This document shows, piece after piece, positions 12,702 to 26,073 of a DNA stretch of 64,000 bases. Both the position numbers and the translations under genes were made by a program. Every line of letters begins with the position of its first letter. Position 1 is the stretch's first letter. Source of the DNA: Octopus vulgaris (lineage: Eukaryota); the NCBI GenBank assembly GCA_951406725.2, contig OX597817.1, positions 83,142,001 to 83,206,000 of the forward strand. The letters are read 5' to 3'. The notes below the pieces were generated by a model, which saw nothing but the letters and a program-made list of their open reading frames with translations, had not been told where the DNA came from and made no database searches.

Positions 12702-13190
12702 TATCACAGACATATTACATATAAAAGTGCACATAAATAGGCGCGTACACATCGGCACACACGTACATACACTTTTACATTGTAAAATGTGTCTCTGTCA
12801 ATACTCGAGGCAACATAGTATTTATGTTGATTAATTACCAGCTATAGAGGCTATAGAAAATAAATATGACAGAAGGGATATAATTTGTGCATGTATATAC
12901 TATGTTTATATTATAAGCATAGAAATATGTATACATACAGGCACACAAATATATATATGTATATAAGTGTATATATATGTATAAACATAACACACATATA
13001 TACATGTGAACGAATATATGTATGTATAGTATTGTAACATTTAGGCACATTTAGGTTTGAATTAGTCGTGACATCGCTTCCTAGAGTAGGCAGCATATTG
13101 TAACGTTCAGCACTTCATTACACGTTGCACAAGATACCTGATCTTAACACACACACACACACGCACACACGCACACACGCATACACGCAC

Positions 13191-13215
<25 letters not shown>

Positions 13216-13223
<8 letters not shown>

Positions 13224-14378
13224 TGACAGAAGTAAATAGGCACCTCATAAAACAGCGTTTTATGTTTATTTTAACTTGTAAAGGTTTATATCTTTTATTT
13301 ATTAGCATTTTTATGTCTCAAGTTGTATATGTGACTGTTTGATCATGTACAAAAAGAGTCTGAATTTCTAAATGGCCATATTCTGAAGGGAGACATAGTC
13401 AGAGTAAAATCGCATAAAACTTTGGGATCTCGTTTTCTACAGTTGATAGGGTGAGTGTTCAATTCACCAGAGAGGGGAAGGAATCAACATCACCTCACCC
13501 GATCAACCAGCGCACTTTGAGAGGCTCTTTGCTTTGCTAAGAGAAGTGTGGGGGATGACCCTCGTGGCAAGGCCTCTGACATGGTAGAAGTTGATGTCAG
13601 TCTCAGAACAGCTGTCAGGTATCTCCACATACTTGGTTACGATGGCAGAGAAGGAAGCCACTTCTTCGACCAGCCAACATCAAGTGGAGAAAAGATTGGG
13701 CCAGCATTCTAGGACACTGTCATATTCTCTGATGAGTTCAGACTACTGTATTTTCTGAGAGTGGGTCTGGAGGATGGATCCAGAATTTGATGTGAAAAGA
13801 TTGCTGCCAACAATGAAGCACGGCAGCTAGTCTGTGATGGTCTGAGGAGAAACTTGGTGCAACGGTTGATCAAAGCTGGTGGAGTGTGAGAGAAACATAA
13901 AATCAGATAAATTTGTGTCCATATTGCAGAAAGAACTTCCAATGTTCTCCAGTGGTGAGATCATTAAAGAAGATTATTTACAGAAAAAATGGAGCTTCTT
14001 GTCATACGAATAAATGACCCAACATTTGTTGGGAGAGAATGGCATTAGAAACTTTCCATAGCCAAGCCAGTTACTAGATATGAACCCTATTAAATAACTC
14101 TGGGACATAATGGACAGGAAACGTCATGAAAAAAATAAAAGAAAGCATATACAAAGCCAGATCTTTTCAATTTACTGCATGAAAGTTAGCAAGAAGTTCC
14201 GCAAGAGAATATTCATCATCTCAGCAGTAAAATGCCTAATAGAGACGTTATATTGAAAAATGCAAGAGGCATGTCTATTAAATATTAAACCTTATAACAT
14301 TTAATAGATGATATGAATGTATAATTTCGGATTTAAATAAATTTCAATGAGGTGTCTATTTAATTCTATCGTGTTTGT
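13216..14378 (+). mobile_element. Tc1-like transposon family 2, copy B (degenerate)
   Basis: TIRs cacatgacagaagtaaataggcacctcat / atgaggtgtctattaattctatcgtgtttgtg. Colinear with copy A and retains VIFSDE (first catalytic D, ~13718-13736), which copy A has deleted. Confidence 0.8.
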
Positions 14379-14394
14379 GTGAGCGTATATATAT

Positions 14395-14441
<47 letters not shown>

Positions 14442-14450
14442 CTTGCTTGC

Positions 14451-14854
14451 TCTTTTACTCTTTTACTTGTTTCAGTCATTTGACTGCGGCCATGCTGGAG
14501 CACCGCCTTTAGTCGAGCAAATCGACCCCGGGACTTATTCTTTGTAAGCCCAGTACTTATTCTATCGGTCTCTTTTGCCGAACCGCTAAGTGACGGGGAT
14601 CTAAACACACCAGCATTGATTGTCAAGCAATGCTAGGGGGACAAACACAGACACACAAACACACACACACACACATATATATATATACATATATACGACA
14701 GGCTTATTTCAGTTTCCGTCTACCAAATCCACTCACAAGGCATTGGTCGGCCCGGGGCTATAGCAGAAGACACTTGCGCAATATGCCACGCAGTGGGACT
14801 GAACCCGGATTCATGTGGTTGGTTAGCAAGCTACTTACCACACATCTACTCCTG
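14451..14854 (-). mobile_element. SINE family 1, full length
   Basis: Reverse complement of the 4774-5176 family. Confidence 0.9.
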
Positions 14855-14877
14855 ACATATATATATATACATATATG

Positions 14878-14932
<55 letters not shown>

Positions 14933-14940
14933 GTATATAC

Positions 14941-15007
<67 letters not shown>

Positions 15008-15310
15008 TTGGGTTGTGAAAGGTCAATAAATACTTGCCATTACATTTTTAATCAACCAAATATGAACCATTTTGTTGCACAATGCGTCTCCATTTTACCA
15101 TTAACTTGAAAATACCCTCTTCCCAGAATTAAGGTGGTTTCAGGGCAAATAATTCATCCAGGTATCTTTTTACGTCATCCTAGAAATTGAAACTTTTACC
15201 ATTACGTCTATTCTGCAGAGAATAAATCCGAAGGAGCAATATCTGGTGAATATGGAGGGTCTTGTAACACATCACAGCCGAGCTGCAGCAATTTTTATCT
15301 GGTTCCCGAA
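15008..15310 (-). mobile_element. Mariner transposase 3' fragment
   Basis: Minus strand encodes PPYSPDIAPSD (YSPDLAP motif, ~15225-15260) and [23 protein letters not shown] (~15050-15122). Confidence 0.75.
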
Positions 15311-15525
15311 ACAACAACTGCCGAAAATGAACTTTCTTATCTTCTATTTTAAAGGGTTACATAATTAACACAGGTTATAGGAACATAAACCTTCTTCCAC
15401 GTAAAGATAGCTTACACTGTGCTCTAAATGGAGGTGTAGTCACATCCTATTTTATGGACTCAACCATGTTCTAAAATAAGTCGAAAGGTAAGCTACTATA
15501 AATCGGCACGAACTTTCCGAAAACC

Positions 15526-15572
<47 letters not shown>

Positions 15573-15575
<3 letters not shown>

Positions 15576-16010
15576 ATTATTCTAAAAAAATCAAAAGACG
15601 AAGAGGGATGGTGTAGCAAACAAACAGATGTATTAGTAGAACACTCGGGAATTGCAAAGGTCTTTAACGTTTCGAGCCTACACTCTTCCACAGAGAGTAA
15701 TAAAAATTGTGGTCAAGGGATATCCACGTAGGATGAAGTGGCGAGCCATGAGTTGCGACTGAGTCTCAAACTCATGGTCGTCACTACAGAGCCAGCGTAG
15801 ACGGTGGAATTTGGAAAAGGGAATGGAAAGCTTGGTGTGTTTAGGGTGGGAGGAGGAGAGCTTGAGGTATGAGTGGGAGTCTGCCTGTTTGTAGTGGATG
15901 GAGGTGGTAAGGGTTGAGTGATGAATGCAGACCGAAATGTCAAGAAATGTGACAGAGGTGTGAGAGATAGTGCAGGAGAAGTGGAGGGCAGGATGGAAAG
16001 ATTTGACAAA
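15573..16010 (-). mobile_element. Penelope-like element fragment: RT C-terminal region plus pseudo-LTR with HHR-like motif
   Basis: Minus strand encodes TSIHYKQADSHTSSS / SSSHPKHTKLSIPFSKFHRLRWLCSDDHEFETQSQLMARHFILRGYP, typical of the PLE RT thumb. Downstream lies ctgtggaa-gag-tgtagg-ctc-GAAA-cg-tt-aaag (15662-15695). Flanked by TA tracts. Confidence 0.75.
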
Positions 16011-16019
16011 ATAGAGGAA

Positions 16020-16063
<44 letters not shown>

Positions 16064-16133
16064 TAATTATTTATATTTATATTTATATTTCCTGTATTTT
16101 GTGATATATATATATACATATATATATATATAA

Positions 16134-16195
<62 letters not shown>

Positions 16196-16232
16196 TATAT
16201 ACATATATGTGCATAAATATATATATATATAT

Positions 16233-16290
<58 letters not shown>

Positions 16291-16790
16291 GTATGATAAG
16301 TTTTTAGATAATCTGTACATATTCTCTAATGTTAGATATATATATATATAACACAAAAATTTGTGACATACAACATACAAAATACATACATACATATGCA
16401 ATATAATATTACATATGAACATAGGTACTCACGCGAACGCATATAGCCACACACACGCACATTCACAAACACATACACACATATCTTTAAATTTTAATAT
16501 GTGTCTCTGTCAATACTTGTGGTAACGATGATTAATTACCAGCTATAGATACTATTGAAAATAGACATGACAGGAAGGATATGATATATTCATATCGATC
16601 ACAATCCATAACTGAACTAGTGGAAAATATCATTAAGTTAGGAAAGCTCAATATGTTTGTACTGTGTTAAAAAAATACTCGAAACATTATTTATTATACC
16701 TGGCATTTATTTCGAAAATCTACCTGCCACGTTTCATAAAATGTAATATGTCTTAAGATACTTTGCTAGTGTATATATATACATACATAC

Positions 16791-16852
<62 letters not shown>

Positions 16853-17635
16853 CATATATATATATATACAATTATGTATGTAAGTGTGTATATGAATATA
16901 CATAGTTACTTGAAAAAAAAATATATATATACCACACAACCACAGCCACAAGCCCCCGTGCGCGCACACACAAACACTCCCACCATTATAAAAAAGCGAA
17001 AACGAAGATTTCTACACGAAAGAAGTTGTATTTAATTTAAATATTTGAGCGTGTTTTTGTCTGTGCGTGAGTTTGTCATGTATAACATAATATAATAATA
17101 ATTTTATAATAATAATATTTATAATATATATACGATATATTATAAATGTTTTATAATGATGATAACAATACTGTGTGTGTATGTGTGCGTGCGTGTGTAT
17201 GGTAAGTGACAATGCATGAAACGCCTGGTCATTGAATCAGTCTGTTACTTCAGATGATTAATGAAAAATTACACTTAAGATTTTTTTCACTTCAGTTTTG
17301 TGAGTTTTATCACCAAACCTATACGATGCATATATCTATGTATACACACAAAAAAAATACACACACGCGCGCATACGTGCACACACACAAACACACACAC
17401 AGAAACACACATACACATATATATATGTAGTTTATTTTTAACTATGAATATTGATGACTGTGACTTCGAAAAATCGTCGGACTGAAGTCCGTGTATAACT
17501 TAATTGGCCGAATTCACTGTCAACAATATCCGTATTGAAGAATGAGCTTGTATTCTGCAAAAGTATACAATAACCCCTCGAAATTGTGTTGATTAAAACT
17601 TAACATTAAAAGAAACATTAAATCAATTTATACTT

Positions 17636-17690
<55 letters not shown>

Positions 17691-17850
17691 CATACATATT
17701 TACACATATGTATATATACATATATATATATATACATACATATATATATACATATATGTATATATACATAAATACATATATATATATGTGTGTGTGTGTA
17801 TATACATATATATACATGCATATATACAAAAATATACATACTCACACGCA

Positions 17851-17889
<39 letters not shown>

Positions 17890-19007
17890 CAATGTTTAAT
17901 ATGATATTAATGATATAATAAGAATATGTATAACTTGTCCTGTTTAGGGCTCAGTGCTTTACAGATTTTCTTGAGAACTCACACGCTGTAGATTTTAGCC
18001 CAGTACATAGTACCCAAATTTTTGTATTGAGAAGATTGATTTGCATCCAGGTCGGAATTTTTTTATTTCACAATGCAGTTTTGCAGAGGGGCATGTATTT
18101 GTCAAAACATTTAGCAATTCAACTATTTAAATAATCCCTTGTACTTCTTGTAATGACGCACAAATTACAACCTTGAGAATTAGTCCAGCACTGTAAATCC
18201 ATGTATATGTATATTGTCTTGAATTCTAAATTTACATTATTCATGGTGAAGCCTGCATGTAGTTACGCAGATGAGACAGAATAAAATGAGCAAGATTACA
18301 AAATACTTTATTACGTCATCCTAAAGACGATGTACTTCACCAGATTTTTTAAATTGTATATTTCTTTAGTTTAAAAAAATTAGGCAGACATATTTAGTGC
18401 TCGGTTCCTCTGACATCTGGTACATTCAGTGTAACTCATTCGCTGCATGTTGTGATTCTTGTGATTTTTTTGTATTACATTTGATCCAATGTTTTGTGCC
18501 AATATAAGGCGTAATATTAATTTGAAATGCTTTAGATTAAGGTCACAATATATTTATGTTAATACGATTTTACAGTGAAGCACATGCACTTATTTGAAAG
18601 GTGGTTCATATGTCTTAGGTCTGTATATATCATCTCTATATAATTTATAACTTTCCTTTACTATGTCTCTTCGGGAGAAGGAAATCCCAGATTCACCGTG
18701 GAAGAGAACAATAGCTAGTCACTTGAGATGGCTACTTAGAAAGACCCACTTTCTGAAGAAATCTATCAAAAGCTATCAACAATTGCATCAAACATCTGCT
18801 CGTGGAGTGTTTATTAATTTGAAGTTATGTAAATAATGTGTTTTAAAAATATTTTACAATATATTTATCAGTATAGCGGATCATATATGGAAAAATGGAG
18901 ACCATCTCCCCCTGTGAGATGAAGTTAAAATAATAGACAGAAGACACCACTGGAAAGTACGAAAACTAAAAGAAACAGGACATATGCTAGGACACAGCAA
19001 CCTCCTA

Positions 19008-19072
19008 AGCAGACCGAGAGCAGTAGTGGTTAAGATTCCCAAGATTCTGAGTTCGATTCCAGACAGTGACCT
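19008..19072 (+). mobile_element. tRNA-like SINE head leading into an (AAT)n tract
   Basis: A-box-like tagtggttaag (19024-19034) and B-box gagttcgattcc (19050-19061), immediately followed by (AAT)n. Confidence 0.55.
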
Positions 19073-19591
<519 letters not shown>

Positions 19592-19593
<2 letters not shown>

Positions 19594-20834
19594 CTTACCT
19601 TACCTTCCCAGAGCCCAAGGAGGTCGAGCCCTGATCCAGTTTGAACTAGCTTACAAAACAACCACAATTGGACTGGCCAAATATCTCGAAATATCGAATG
19701 ACTGGATGCTAAAGCTCGTGGAAAATCACGAGAGACGAAAGAAGCTTCATTCTATCATAAAGGAAAGCAAAAAATTTGCTATTGATCTCGTGCAGGATAC
19801 TCAAACTGAACAACCCGAGGGAAGTACGGCAACTATTGTTGCAAAGAAGGTGAAAATGATGGCAATGAAGAAAGCGCACGAGCAATTGGCTGATAGGTGG
19901 GAGGAGAAACCTCTGCACGGCAAATATGTGACCCGCAGCAAAGAAACTGATGTTGACCAGAAGCAAACCCATCAGTGGCTACGGAGCTCAGCGCTAAAAG
20001 CAGAGAGCGAAGGTTTCATCCTGGCTGCTCAAGATCAAAGCCTATTAACCCGGAACTACCAGGCCAATGTGATGAAAAATGGAGCAGACCCAAAATGCCG
20101 ATTCTGCAACGACAGGATTGAAACAGTGGACCACCTAATCTCTGGATGTAAAGTCTTAGCACCAGTGGAGTATAAATTAAGACATGACAGAGTTGGCCAA
20201 TATCTACACTGGCTAATAAGTCGGCATTACAATATCAAAACTGCCGACAAGTGGTATAATCACCACCCTGAGGCTGTAACTGAAGGAGAAAATGTAACCA
20301 TTCTATGGGACTTTCCAGTACATACAGACCGAACCATCAAGGCCAATAAACCAGATATTGTTGTGAAAGACCAAAACAATAAAGTTTGCTTATTGATCGA
20401 CATGAGCATCCCCTGTGATCATAATATCTCAGCGAAAGAGTTTGACAAGCTCAGAAAATATAAAGACCTTCTCATTGAAATTGAGAAAATGTGGCATCTC
20501 AAGGCGGTTACAATACCAGTGATCGTAGGAGCACTAGGAATGATCAAGAAGGGAACCGAAAATTATATGAGAATGATCCCTGGCTTACCATCCCTGCAAG
20601 AAGTGCAAAAGATTGTCTTAACTGGTACATCACACGTATTGAGAAGAGCAGTGTCGATGTGAGAACTGTTGCTGCGCATGTAATTTAATTTAACTTTAAA
20701 AAAAAAAAAAAGGAACGAACTACTGAGTTTAGTTTAATGGCCTACCAATGTATACTATGAGTTTCTTTGCCCTAGGAGTCGGGAAGACACTCGGCAAGAA
20801 ATGGAAGCAAATTTGAAAGAAGAAAAAAAAAAAG
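19592..20834 (+). mobile_element. R4/Dong-like LINE family B, 5'-truncated, intact C-terminal ORF
   Basis: Uninterrupted ORF to 20662 with KPLHGKY, CCHC (CRFC...HLISGC), RHD and the RLE motif KPDIVV...ID...K; 3'UTR then (TAA)n. Confidence 0.92.
19706..20662 (+). CDS. Non-LTR retrotransposon polyprotein C-terminus (CCHC + restriction-like endonuclease), partial
   Basis: 318-aa ORF with CX2CX8HX4C and PD..D..K motifs; the reading frame extends upstream to the insertion junction. Confidence 0.85.
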   Translation: MLKLVENHERRKKLHSIIKESKKFAIDLVQDTQTEQPEGSTATIVAKKVKMMAMKKAHEQLADRWEEKPLHGKYVTRSKETDVDQKQTHQWLRSSALKAESEGFILAAQDQSLLTRNYQANVMKNGADPKCRFCNDRIETVDHLISGCKVLAPVEYKLRHDRVGQYLHWLISRHYNIKTADKWYNHHPEAVTEGENVTILWDFPVHTDRTIKANKPDIVVKDQNNKVCLLIDMSIPCDHNISAKEFDKLRKYKDLLIEIEKMWHLKAVTIPVIVGALGMIKKGTENYMRMIPGLPSLQEVQKIVLTGTSHVLRRAVSM

Positions 20835-20852
20835 TAATAATAATAATAATAA

Positions 20853-22454
20853 TGATAAAAGAATAGACCAAAGCCAAGAAATAAAAGACCAAGAAATAAA
20901 AGACCAAGAAATAAAAGAATTAGACCAAAGCCAAACTTACAAATACTTAGGAATCCATGAACTAGATAAGACACAACACACACAAATGAAAGAGAAAATC
21001 AAAAAAAGAATATTATAGACGAGTTAGAACAATACTAAAAACAGAGCTCAATGCTAAATACAAGATAATAGGTATTAACACTTTAGCTGTCCCAGTTATA
21101 AGTTACAGCTACAATATCCTTAACTGGACACGAAATGAACTGACCAAAATAGATAGGAAAACAAGAAAAATAATGACAGGATCTAGGATGCATCACCCAA
21201 AATCTGACATAGAAAGACTATATATACAACGTATAGAAGGTGGTAGAGGCCTTATACAACTGGAAAACTACTATAAAATAACCACCATAGGACTGCAAAA
21301 ATATCTACTTCAGAAGGAAGGAAAACTGATACAAATAGCGGCAAAACACGAGCAAAACAAAAAACTGTTCTCAGTATTTAAGGAATCTGACAAATACAAA
21401 CAAGAAATCATACCACCTAATAAACATGAAGAAGAAGAAGAAGAAGAAGAAGAAGAAGAAGAAGAAGAAGAAGAAGAAGAAGAAGAAGAAGAAGAAGAAG
21501 AAGAAGAAGAAGAAGAAGAAGAAACAACAAAATCTATAAAACAAATGAAATCCAAACTAAAAATAGAACAGCAACGAACCATGATAAAACGATGGCAAGA
21601 AAAGCCCCTTCATGGTAAATACTGCACTAAACTAAACGCAAAAGAAATAGACAAAGAAAAATCCCAGCAATGGTTGAGAAGCTCAGGACTCAAAGCAGAA
21701 ACAGAGGGATTTTTAATTGCAGCACAAGACCAAAGCCTCCCCACCAGAAATTACCAAAAACATGTAATGAAAAGAAATATAACAAGTAACTGCAGAATAT
21801 GTGGAGATGGACAAGAAACAATAAATCATATTATCTCTAGCTGCCCAGTCCTGGCTAAGAAGGAATATATTCACAGACATGACAGAGTTGGAGCCTACAT
21901 ACATTGGAAGTTATGCCAACATTATGGAATAACAACAGAAAAAAGATGGTATAGGCACACACCAGAAAAGGTCACAGAAAACGAGAAAGCAACCATACTC
22001 TGGGATATGCCGATACACACAGATATAGAAATTAAGGCTAACAGGCCAGATATAGTTGTCAGAGATCATGAAGGAAAAGAATGCTTTCTAATTGATGTAC
22101 CAATACCGACAGATGACAACGTGTCTCTAAAAGAAATGGAGAAACTCTCAAAATACAAAGACCTGGAAATAGAGGTAACCAGAATGTGGAATCTGAAAAC
22201 AGAAACAATTCCTATCATAGTAGGTGCATTAGGCATGATAAAAAAATATTCAGACAAATACATAACAAAAACACCAGGACTTACAAACACATATAACATA
22301 CAGACAATCGCACTACTAGGCACTGCACACATCCTACGCAGAACACTTTCCATACAATAACCATCAGAGCATCACAACAAATCACAGCACATACCCAAGG
22401 CACCCAGAGCTGCGCTCGGTAGTGAAGTGAATGCACGCCATAAATATAAAACTA

Positions 22455-22457
<3 letters not shown>
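20853..22457 (+). mobile_element. R4/Dong-like LINE family C, 5'-truncated
   Basis: YKYLG RT C-terminal motif (~20938-20952), a frameshift in the A-run at ~21001-21008, ORF 21173-22360 with CRIC...HIISSC, RHD and RPDIVV...ID; 3'UTR then (AAT)n. Confidence 0.92.
21173..22360 (+). CDS. Non-LTR retrotransposon polyprotein C-terminus with an in-frame (GAA)32 poly-Glu
   Basis: 395-aa ORF: HPKSDIERLY..GGRGL, CCHC, RLE. Confidence 0.85.
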   Translation: MTGSRMHHPKSDIERLYIQRIEGGRGLIQLENYYKITTIGLQKYLLQKEGKLIQIAAKHEQNKKLFSVFKESDKYKQEIIPPNKHEEEEEEEEEEEEEEEEEEEEEEEEEEEEEEEETTKSIKQMKSKLKIEQQRTMIKRWQEKPLHGKYCTKLNAKEIDKEKSQQWLRSSGLKAETEGFLIAAQDQSLPTRNYQKHVMKRNITSNCRICGDGQETINHIISSCPVLAKKEYIHRHDRVGAYIHWKLCQHYGITTEKRWYRHTPEKVTENEKATILWDMPIHTDIEIKANRPDIVVRDHEGKECFLIDVPIPTDDNVSLKEMEKLSKYKDLEIEVTRMWNLKTETIPIIVGALGMIKKYSDKYITKTPGLTNTYNIQTIALLGTAHILRRTLSIQ

Positions 22458-22538
<81 letters not shown>

Positions 22539-22550
22539 AATAATAATAAC

Positions 22551-22642
<92 letters not shown>

Positions 22643-22652
22643 CAACAACAAC
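22458..22652. repeat. (AAT)n/(AAC)n microsatellite
   Basis: Direct inspection. Confidence 0.95.
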
Positions 22653-22700
22653 ATCGAAAAATACCTTAGGAATGAGAACCCAGGTTCGAAATTTCCCCAA

Positions 22701-22746
22701 GACACCTGATGAATGCTGGAGGGTATAGCAGCGGAAACGTTGTGTT
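22701..22746 (+). ncRNA. Minimal type-I hammerhead ribozyme motif
   Basis: gacac-CTGATGA-a-tgctg-gagggtatag-cagcg-GAAA-cg-TT-gtgtt: stem I gacac/gtgtt, stem II tgctg/cagcg, palindromic ACGU stem III, GUU triplet. Confidence 0.7.
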
Positions 22747-25380
22747 AACAACAAACAAGATGAGGACAAATATCCGTCAAATGTAAATAATGTAAATAAT
22801 GTACATAATTCCTCATCTCTTTAATATAGAACTGTATTTTTAAAACACTCATTCATAATATCAATGTCCATGTGTTCCCACTTCCAAATCACATTATGAT
22901 TAATACCACTACACTCAGCTACTGTATTACTAATTACTTTCCCATGAAACATGATGCCTTCAACAGTAATAACATTACCCTCACGCACTATTCTACAATT
23001 GACATCACCAAAGCTCTCGGCTCCGTAAACCACTTCTCCGTTATTTAAGAAACAGATTCTTCACGGTCAACATAAAAATCTGTCTAACATGCTAGCAGTT
23101 TTTCCGTCAAATTTCCGGTATGAAAATCAATTTATTTAAATTCCTAAGTCTTAATTTTGCTCAAGTATTTTTAATCAAACAACTATAAATGTCGCAATTG
23201 TTAAGTGGAATATATTCAAGAACACTTAGGTATAGACGTTTTTGAAGAAATAAATTTGAAAGAGATTTCATGGATAGCACTACAGACCATATGTTTCTAT
23301 AGAATATTTTCTCCGTAAGATAAACAGAATAGACACGTATACTCGTCTCTAAAGATACCAATCGTAATTATTGTGAAATTACTAATCTTAGTCGGTCAAC
23401 GAAAACTTTGTATACATGAGTAGATTGCAGACGAGATTATATTCTAGCCTGCATTTAATTATATCATCTTTAAAACCATAACTTTTTGAATGACTTATAA
23501 ATACACATCATATAGTAATCACAATATCGCAATATTCACCATGTTTTCTTCTAATCACAAAAGAAAGAGGCTGGTATAAGGCTAAAAATCTCCAACAGCA
23601 TTTTCACCTGAATAGATAATTGGTAATTTCATTTATAATTTTATATGCTTGAAAAAGATCGAACTGCTTGGGAACTCACCAAATTTTTATATGAATTAGT
23701 AGAATAAACTGTTATTTGATAGAAATCGATTGACTGATTTATGCTTAGCACTTCAGTCTCACAAAACACGTGTTAGTACATTAATGTTACTAATTTACAA
23801 CTAAATAGTTTTGGCTAGCCACAGATATAGTCATAATGTAGTGCTGTCAATGAAGTAGGAACCATTAACATTTTGACCTCTAGGCCGACTCAATTTTCAC
23901 TTGCCAAACTGGTTCTCTGATAAATACTTTACTAACATCCTCCGTCGTATTTCATATCGTATTTTTGTGAACATTAAGCTTGCAGGTTACAGATTTTCAG
24001 GAAAACAAATACCAATTCACTAGACATATAATGGCGTCGTTGGCAAGATAGTAGCACCAGTGTAATTTGGGCGTAACAGGTTAGATGGCTGCCGTTTATC
24101 ATTTTTTTTTTATTCATTGATGATTTCATATTTTGTCTCTCCCGTTCTTATGTATACAAACATTTTATAATTTAAAATTTTATGTACTTTTATGTAGCTG
24201 AGGCAAGATTATATGTGTACCTGTGTGTGTGTATAGATATACCTGTCTATATGTGTACGTATTGTGTGTGTATATATGTGTTGTGTAGGAGTATGTATGT
24301 ATGTATGTATGTATGTATGTATGTATGTATGTACGTACGTATGTATGTATGTATGTATAACAGTTCAGCTGAACTAAGTTTCGTAGGCGTGGGACAGAAA
24401 TACATTATGTGATGTTTTATTTGGCTATAGATTCTGTGAAACTAGTGAAATACTTATACACACGAACTCCAACTAAATATTTTGAGGACGACTTTCTTTC
24501 GTCTGATCACTTTTTATTGTTTCGAATATAAGTTAGATCAACAACAATGAACTCCATCTAGTGAGAGATAAATACGATTGAGTATACACAGAATTTTTTA
24601 AAAAGTCACATATAGTTTCATGCCGTAGATACAATAATTGCAGTGTGTCCCAAAACAATCCTTTAGAATCAGTGTATATCTCTATCAAGAGCGCACTTCC
24701 AATTCTAAAAGTCGTTATGCAAGTTGCCAGTTTTCTTCCGGTGCATTGAGAGAAAATAAATACACTTAGGTGGCTAGCTATATATGGGATCTCAAGGCCA
24801 ACTGCACCCCACATACGATCAAGTGAAGAATCATGGAGACGTCTCATCTATATATAAATGGATGAAGGTGATGCAAGTCACATGTAGCTGAAAGATCACA
24901 CATTCTGTTTCCATCCAAAAATGACACCGCACTACATAATTTGAGATTTGAATTAACAGCAAATGCAAACACATGGAAAGATATCTTTTGTCAAGCTTGA
25001 GAACACCACCCGCTTTAGACTGAGTAGCTATGTCCCAAATTTGGCCTCCTCTACCTTATATTATTCAATAACAGGTTGATTAATTATGTTGTTCCGAAAG
25101 GCAAAGAGGACGCAATCCTTGATTTTCTAACCATGTTTTCCTTTCTTCTCGTTCCACTTTTTGCATCAACTTTCCCATTTTTCCTTCCCGTATATTGATT
25201 TTTTTCATGTTCTTTCATAAATCCGCGTCTTGGTTTTCAAACATGATTAACGACATTTACTCCCAAATTATTGTATCTCTACTGCATGGGATTATTAGTA
25301 GGTGTTTGTTTAAATTTGTGAGTATAATAAATGATATACTCCAGCATGTCCACAACTCTCAAGCTCAAACCAGTAACGTA

Positions 25381-25417
<37 letters not shown>

Positions 25418-25425
25418 ACACACAT

Positions 25426-25483
<58 letters not shown>

Positions 25484-25506
25484 TCATATGTATATATATA
25501 AATACA

Positions 25507-25547
<41 letters not shown>

Positions 25548-25874
25548 TTTGAGGTCAAATATATTACCTTCGCCCATCTAATACAATAAATGAATTAATT
25601 GCATTGCAATTATAAGCATTTATGCATTTGCCTTTTGGGTACTTCACTAGCAGTATATTGGATAACTGATATCCCATAGTGGGTTACACTCATAACCCCT
25701 ATCTCACTTTGTACTTATATATATATATATATATATATATGCATACCTATCTATCTATACCGGTGTGTGAGTGTGTGTGTGATCAAAAGATAGAAAGTAG
25801 TACACTCAAAATATTTTACTGGGAATCGTGTATTTAATAAGAATTTGACTTGTTTCACAGAACTTGTACCCGAA

Positions 25875-25931
25875 CCAAACATCTCATGAGGTTGATGTGT
25901 CCTGTATCTGCGAAACTTTAAGTACTGTTGG
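25875..25931 (+). ncRNA. Degenerate type-I hammerhead motif
   Basis: ccaaacat-CTCATGA-g-gttgat-gtgtcctgt-atctgc-GAAA-ctttaag-TA-ctgttgg. One core mutation (G5>C) and stem II mismatches; stem I ccaa..ca/tgttgg retained. Confidence 0.45.
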
Positions 25932-26073
25932 CCGAACTCTTTTGTCAAACATACATGCATGCATACATACATACGTACATACATACATACATACATACAT
26001 GCATACATACATACATACATACATACATACATACATACATACATACATACATACATACATACACACACATACA

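Noticed and set aside
24533-25080. Minus-strand ORF with an IYIDETS-like motif in another frame (possible DDE transposase)
   Set aside because: No other transposase motifs or TIRs recognisable.
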